Below, one piece after another: positions 58,594 through 64,000 of a stretch of 64,000 nt of DNA; position 1 is the stretch's first letter; every line of letters starts with the position of its first letter. The translations under genes were made by a program, and so were the position numbers. Below the pieces are notes generated by a model that made no database searches, was not told the origin of the DNA, and worked only from the letters and a program-made list of their open reading frames with translations. This DNA is from Blepharisma stoltei ATCC 30299 (taxonomy: Eukaryota; Protista; Ciliophora): positions 558,001-622,000 of the forward strand of contig CBFDEM010000035.1 of NCBI GenBank assembly GCA_965603825.1, in the 5' to 3' direction.

Positions 58594-61326
58594 ATGGGAA
58601 GCACCTGTGCAACCTGTGGCCGAAGAGAGTACATACTGCGTGAGGTAAAAAACCGAAAAGATTCCTTAGGATCCCCTACAAGGCTGCAGCCTACAGGACC
58701 GAGTCAGCCTTCAACCAAAAATCAAATTGAGAATCAGTCAAAACGCATAAGGGTGAAAGGAATCAAGACCCACAAATTTTCTCACCACCCGAGTCCTTCA
58801 ATAGAAGGTATTACTGAAGCTTCCCATGCAGAAATTATTGATAAACCTAAAACTGAAGAAGATATTAAAATGATTTTAACAGCATTTAATAATCACTTCA
58901 TATTGCGAAGTCTCGATGAAGATAGCAAATTTATTATTGCAAATGATATGAGGTTTTACACAATAGGACCACGCGAAATTATTTTTGAGCAAGATAAACC
59001 AGGACTGTGTTTTTATGTTCTAGCAACTGGGAGATTGGAAGTCACTATAAATGGACAAAGAAAAAATTTGATATCTCCAGGGACTGGTTTTGGAGAGTAT
59101 GCACTGATTGATAATAGAGCCAGGTCTGCAACTGTAACTACATTAGAAAAGTGCACACTATGAGTAGTTGACAGAATTTCTTTCAAAGAAGCGGTAAAAA
59201 GAGTAAATGATATGAACCATTTAGAAAACAAAAGTTTCATTGACAGTGTACCATTATTTAACACTCTTACATCTCAGCAAAAAGAAGCTTTATTAGCAGG
59301 ACTTAACACACAAAAATGGCATAGTGGACAAAGGATTGTAAAAGAAGGTGACGTCGGCGACCTCTTTTATATCATAAAAGAAGGCCTTGTCTCATGCTCT
59401 CAAAACGGCATCGAAATACGTCAAATGTCCAAAGGAGATTTTTTTGGGGAACAGTCCTTACTTTATGGCTCCCCAAGAACTGCTACATGTACAGCTATAA
59501 GTGAGGTCAAATTAATATCAATAGGAAGCAATTCCCTTATAGATGTGCTAGGAAGCTCATTGCAACAGATATTGTATAGAAATACCTTGAGAATTGCTTG
59601 TGAAAGAAGTCCTGTATTAAGAGCATTATCAAAAGAACAGAAAGAAAGTATATTTGATTGTATGAAAGTGAATACCTTCCAGCCTGGATCTGTAATAGTA
59701 GCCAGAGGCACACATAAAGGGCAAAGGCTTTGAATTGTACTGAGAGGTGCTATTAGAGGACCTGTAGGAGCAATAGAAAAATTTGGGTGCATTGGGGATG
59801 AGTTTTTAGACCACCCATCTGAAGGTGAATATATGATTGATTATTTAGCAGAGGTAGAAAGTGATGTTGCTGATATTTCAAGGGTTTCTATAGAAAATTG
59901 CATTGGTGGAAACTTCAATAAGGTGACTATTTATAATGAAGCTCTTTCAGTCCTCAAACAAGTGCATCTACTAAGAGGCTTAAGCCCAGAAAAATTCATC
60001 TCCCTTACACAAGCATTAAAAGTGATGCATTATAGCGACCGAGATGCAATCGTCACTCAAAATAATCCAGGAAATTCATTTTTCCTAATAAAATCAGGAA
60101 AAGTTAATGTTTTTAAAGATGGAGTGAAATTGAGAACTATAACAAAAAATGATTATTTTGGAGAAAGGTCAGTGCTATTTAATGATTTTAGGACAGCTAC
60201 TGTAATCGCTGATGGACAAGTAAGCTGTTGGGTGTTAGAAAAAGATGATTTTTTGTCTCTTATTGATGAAGAAATAAGACAAAATTTAATAGAAAGAATT
60301 GAGCTGCAGGATGACACAATTACACTGAATGATTTAATACCTATAAAACAGTTAGGAAAAGGAGTCTTTGGGAATGTGTTTTTAGTTGGACATATAACAA
60401 CCCATAGATTATATGCACTGAAATCAGTCTCCAGAGAAAAGATTGAGCAGTGGCAAATCCAAACGAATTTAATGCTCGAAAGGCAAATTCTTTTACAAGT
60501 CGACCACACAATGATCCTCAAGCTTGTCAAAACTTTTAAAGACACTAGCAGGATTTATTTTTTAATGGAATTTGTCCAAGGTCTTGATTTATTTGATGTA
60601 CTTATAGAGCTACAGCTTGTTAGTGACGCTGATGCTAAATATTATATTGGAGCTTTAGTGGTCATTTTAGAGCATCTTCATGAAAGGGATATTTTATATC
60701 GAGACTTAAAGCCAGAAAACATAATGGTCGATCATGAAGGATATCCAAAATTGATTGATTTTGGAACTTCAAAAATAATAAATGGAAGGACTTATACTAC
60801 TGTAGGAACTCCTCATTATATGGCTCCTGAAATCATTTTAGGTAGCGGATATACATTTTCTGCTGACTGATGAAGCTTAGGCATCATTCTTTATGAGTTT
60901 ATATATGGCAGAGTCCCTTTTGGAGAAGATGAAGACGATGCACATGCAATCTATGAAAAAATTTTAGAACACAAAATAATTTACCCTACAAATATTGACC
61001 CAAACTTAGCAGCTAAACCGTTAATTCAGCAGTTATTAAACAAAAATCCTGCAGCAAGGACTGGAGGAAGTGTTGATAAATTAAAAGCCCACAAATGATT
61101 TGCAAACTTTAATTGAGTAACTTTTACATAGGACCGACTTTTATCCCGCCAGTTAAAAATGCCTTACATACCTAAGCTTCGTTCTTTGCACAACGAAATA
61201 GAAGTAGCTTTTAGCAGCATGAAACCGCTAGAAAGCTTAATCCGAGAAGAAGAAAGTAAAGAAGAAGTCGATTTCTGTATATGGAATTCCATGCCGCCTC
61301 CTGAAGATTGGGATTCAGAATTTTAA
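58594..61326 (+). CDS. PKG: cGMP-dependent protein kinase, alveolate type with 4 CNB domains (905 aa); one 15-nt intron
   Basis: MGSTC start; FGE...RSAT/RTAT motifs (third CNB degenerate); GKGVFG, YRDLKPEN, DFG, GTPHYMAPE and AD(TGA)(TGA)SLG = DWWSLG. Confidence 0.95.
61117..61131 (+). other. 15-nt spliceosomal intron
   Basis: GTAACTTTTACATAG; removal gives FNWDRLL...PYIP of the AGC tail. Confidence 0.92.
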
Positions 61327-61352
61327 ATTTATCGATAACCTGCAATGAATAA

Positions 61353-62426
61353 TTATCTGAGAGTTATTTTAAGATCTGCCACCGCTTTTTCTCTGAGCCT
61401 AAATTGTAATTCATCAATTTCTTCATTCGTTAAATTCCTTTCCATGCTCCTGTAATTTACTCTAAAGCAGTAGCTTGTTTTATCGCCTTTACTAAACTTG
61501 TCTGTTTTTTCGACCCTTTCGACTAAGTCTCCTCCAACTTCTCTTACAAGTTCGAAAAAGTCATTTTCTTCGAATTTTTCAGGAACCCAAAAAGATATAT
61601 CTTTGTAGCATAAAGGAAACTTTGAAAAGCTTTTAAACTTTGTAATGCCTTTTGTAGCTGAAAACTGTGATAAAAATCGTTGGTCTTCAGACCAAAACAG
61701 CCTTATGTCAGGAATATCAAAAACCTTCATTGCCCATCTTTCTAGCCCTATACCAAAAGCAAGCCCGAAGAAGTCATCAGATTTTCCAGCATTTCTAAGC
61801 ACTTGTGGATGATAGACGCCACATCCAAGGACTTCCATCCAGTTATCTTTCCATCTGATTTCTAGCTCTAAACCTGGATCTACAAAAGGGAAATAGTTGT
61901 CATACCATCTCATTTCCACATCTCCAAAACATTCTCTGGCAAGCCCCTCAAGCATACCTTTAAGCTCAGTCAAGGCAAAATCATGAGCTTTTTCTTGGGC
62001 TGCAAAGCTGAATTCACTTTTATTCCAGACTCTTCCACCTTCTAGCTGGTGAAAAGCTGGATAATGTGTGCTGTCTATTTCATCTCTTCGATATACATCT
62101 CCTGTCATGAGAAATGCATTATGATTTTTCAACATTTCGCAGTCATGGGCAGTTGTATGGGTTCTAAGGACTGTGTTTTCATCAATATAGTATGTATCAC
62201 TAGGACGCCTGGAAGGGTGGTCTGGAGCAATTAAAAGATTATCAAAATTTTCTCTGACTCCGACAACTGGGTCATAATCATCTTTTGTGATAAACACTCC
62301 AGGGTAGGTTTTGTGGACAAATGAGTACATTTTGGAGCGGAGAATTGATAGAGGATGATTGGGGTTTGAGAGAAGCTTCCTTTTAGTTAATTCAATAATC
62401 TTAGGGGTAATGTTGGATATTGACAT
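61353..62426 (-). CDS. FARS2: Mitochondrial phenylalanyl-tRNA synthetase
   Basis: LRTHTTAH, DVYRRDEIDSTHYPAFHQLEG, FGIGLER and C-terminal FDX-ACB domain (KDISFW, YRSMERNLT). Confidence 0.95.
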   Translation of the reverse strand: MSISNITPKIIELTKRKLLSNPNHPLSILRSKMYSFVHKTYPGVFITKDDYDPVVGVRENFDNLLIAPDHPSRRPSDTYYIDENTVLRTHTTAHDCEMLKNHNAFLMTGDVYRRDEIDSTHYPAFHQLEGGRVWNKSEFSFAAQEKAHDFALTELKGMLEGLARECFGDVEMRWYDNYFPFVDPGLELEIRWKDNWMEVLGCGVYHPQVLRNAGKSDDFFGLAFGIGLERWAMKVFDIPDIRLFWSEDQRFLSQFSATKGITKFKSFSKFPLCYKDISFWVPEKFEENDFFELVREVGGDLVERVEKTDKFSKGDKTSYCFRVNYRSMERNLTNEEIDELQFRLREKAVADLKITLR

Positions 62427-62458
62427 ATTAGCTTAATAACACATTCATAATCATTATT

Positions 62459-62815
62459 ATGGGAGACCATTCTAAAGCGTTCTTCAAAAGAGCTGGCTTT
62501 GCTGTGCTAAGAGGTCAAAACTGAACCTACCTGCTTACAAACACACACATTATTATAGGAAGAAAGCCTCAAGCAAGTGACTCCCAATGGCAAGTTGACT
62601 TAGACTTAGGCCCTTCTAAGTTTATTTCAAGGCAGCATGCTTTGCTGATTTATAATTTTAAAGATCAAAGGTTTGAAATCAGGTGCTTAACGAAGAAAGG
62701 AAGAGTAAAAGTTGACGGGAAGGCTTACAGATATCAAGATGGGGCTGTGCCCTTGAAGCACCGTTCAGTGATTTCTATCAATAAGTGCAGTTTCTTATTT
62801 GTGCTGCCATCATAG
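62459..62815 (+). CDS. Stand-alone FHA-domain protein, Fkh/Fhl1-type (118 aa), missed by the track
   Basis: AGFAVLRGQN(W=TGA)TYLL..IIIGRK..VDLDLGPSKFISRQHA..YNF...FLFVLP; ends TAG. Confidence 0.9.
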
Positions 62816-62888
62816 GATTAAGATAATAAAAATAGTGTAATTTGTGTAAAATTTAAAAAAATAATCATGACTATTTAATGAGATTAAT

Positions 62889-64000
62889 TTATACTGAAAT
62901 ATTGTAGACTGTGATGATATTTGTAAAAGAAATTGCAAGCTTTGTATTATCGTCACTCCAAACCCTACCTAAAAATTACATATCAATTGCTTGCTGCTTT
63001 ATTGAAAACGATTTAATTTTCTCTGCAGTTTCATAGTTCCATACATTGCAAATTCCATCTAGTCCTATAGTTGCGAACATCTGCCCATCTTTACTATGAG
63101 CGATTTTAATAATTTCTGAAGTTTCTGCAATAAATTGGTGTTTTATGACTCTTTTTTCTGGGTCAATGATTTCAACGACACCTCCTCCTTTAGCAACTAA
63201 TAATAATGGGGTATTAGGATTCCATTCAATTTGTTTACAAATAATGGTATTCCATCATGACCCTTCTTGTTCCCAAATCCCCAGCCTTTCATCTTCCAGC
63301 ATCGCTATAAATTTCCCTTCATAATCCCAAAATATTTTTTTTACATTTAAAGATTCCTCGATTTTTATTCTTTCAATTCTGCTCAATTTCCATAAAAATA
63401 CTCCTGTCATCGTTGCTGTACAAATTTCATCTGTATTGTGCCATTTTGCATCCCTAATCCCTGAGCATGACTCAATTGAGTTTATAGAGTTTCCTTGGCT
63501 ATTCCAAATTTTCAAAGCATCTTGTGACACAGTAAGAAACTTAGAGCCTGTAGACTCAAAATATGCACAAATTATAGGAGTGTTATGAGAAATTTCTGAG
63601 ACTAAAGTTCCAGTGCTTGTTCAAAATCTAGCCAAGCCATCGTTTACTACTGAAAGAATATCTCCTGCTTTATTTCAGTATAAACTTTTTATTTCAAAAT
63701 TCTCAATCTCTAGATTAGTCAGAGAAATCGTGACTACTAGGTCCCATTGATTAGGGTTTTCCCCAATTCTCCATATCTTAGCAGTGCGGTCTTTAGAGCT
63801 GAATTTTTGTTACCCTGAAAGAATATATGAGTTTTGGTAGTGGATTATTAATACTTCTTTTGAGTGGCCAAATAGAGAGGTATGCTCGAATGAATCGTCG
63901 ACCATCATACCAAGTGAAGTCTCTGGGACGAGTTTTGGGGTCTCTTCGCGATACATGCATTTATGGGAATGAGTTAGCTTGAATTCTGCGTGGCATTTTG
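62889..64000 (-). CDS. WD40 protein, TBL1/Sif2-like (5' end beyond window); two 15-nt introns
   Basis: CHAEFKLTHSHKC and LFGHSKEV..ILSGSKDRTAKIW after splicing; TGA=Trp at 63675, 63621 and 63255; ends TAA 62889. Confidence 0.82.
62965..62979 (-). other. 15-nt spliceosomal intron
   Basis: GTAATTTTTAGGTAG; removes an in-frame TAA and gives IDMVWSDD. Confidence 0.88.
63799..63813 (-). other. 15-nt spliceosomal intron
   Basis: GTAACAAAAATTCAG; removal gives the WD motif LSGSKDRTAKIW. Confidence 0.92.

Overview
AT-rich, gene-dense eukaryotic DNA from a heterotrich ciliate of the Blepharisma type (inferred). About 45 in-frame TGA codons, many at conserved Trp positions, show TGA=Trp with TAA/TAG as stops. 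Five 15-16 nt GT..AG introns with an A at -6 are also present. The supplied standard-code ORF track therefore fragments many genes and misses some. Rebuilt with the correct code, the window holds about 45 protein genes, including GWD, PKG, GDH, alpha-tubulin, mito-PheRS, eIF4E, Ulp1, NOP16, RPL41, a small Tim, COPZ, SINA, MORN, an F-BAR/F-box/TBC protein and WD40s. It also holds a duplicated C2H2 gene block, a four-copy ubiquitin-UBL array (two copies frameshifted) and two chitin-synthase pseudogenes. The main non-coding finds are a cluster of four very compact (50-63 nt box to box) box C/D snoRNAs with recognisable rRNA guides (12194-12475) and a perfect 26-bp-arm TA-bounded hairpin (41259-41315). 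Notable small proteins are a Borealin/Nbl1-like protein and one combining a SHARPIN/HOIL-1-type tethering-like motif with a UBA-like domain. All homology calls are from motif recognition and memory, not database searches.
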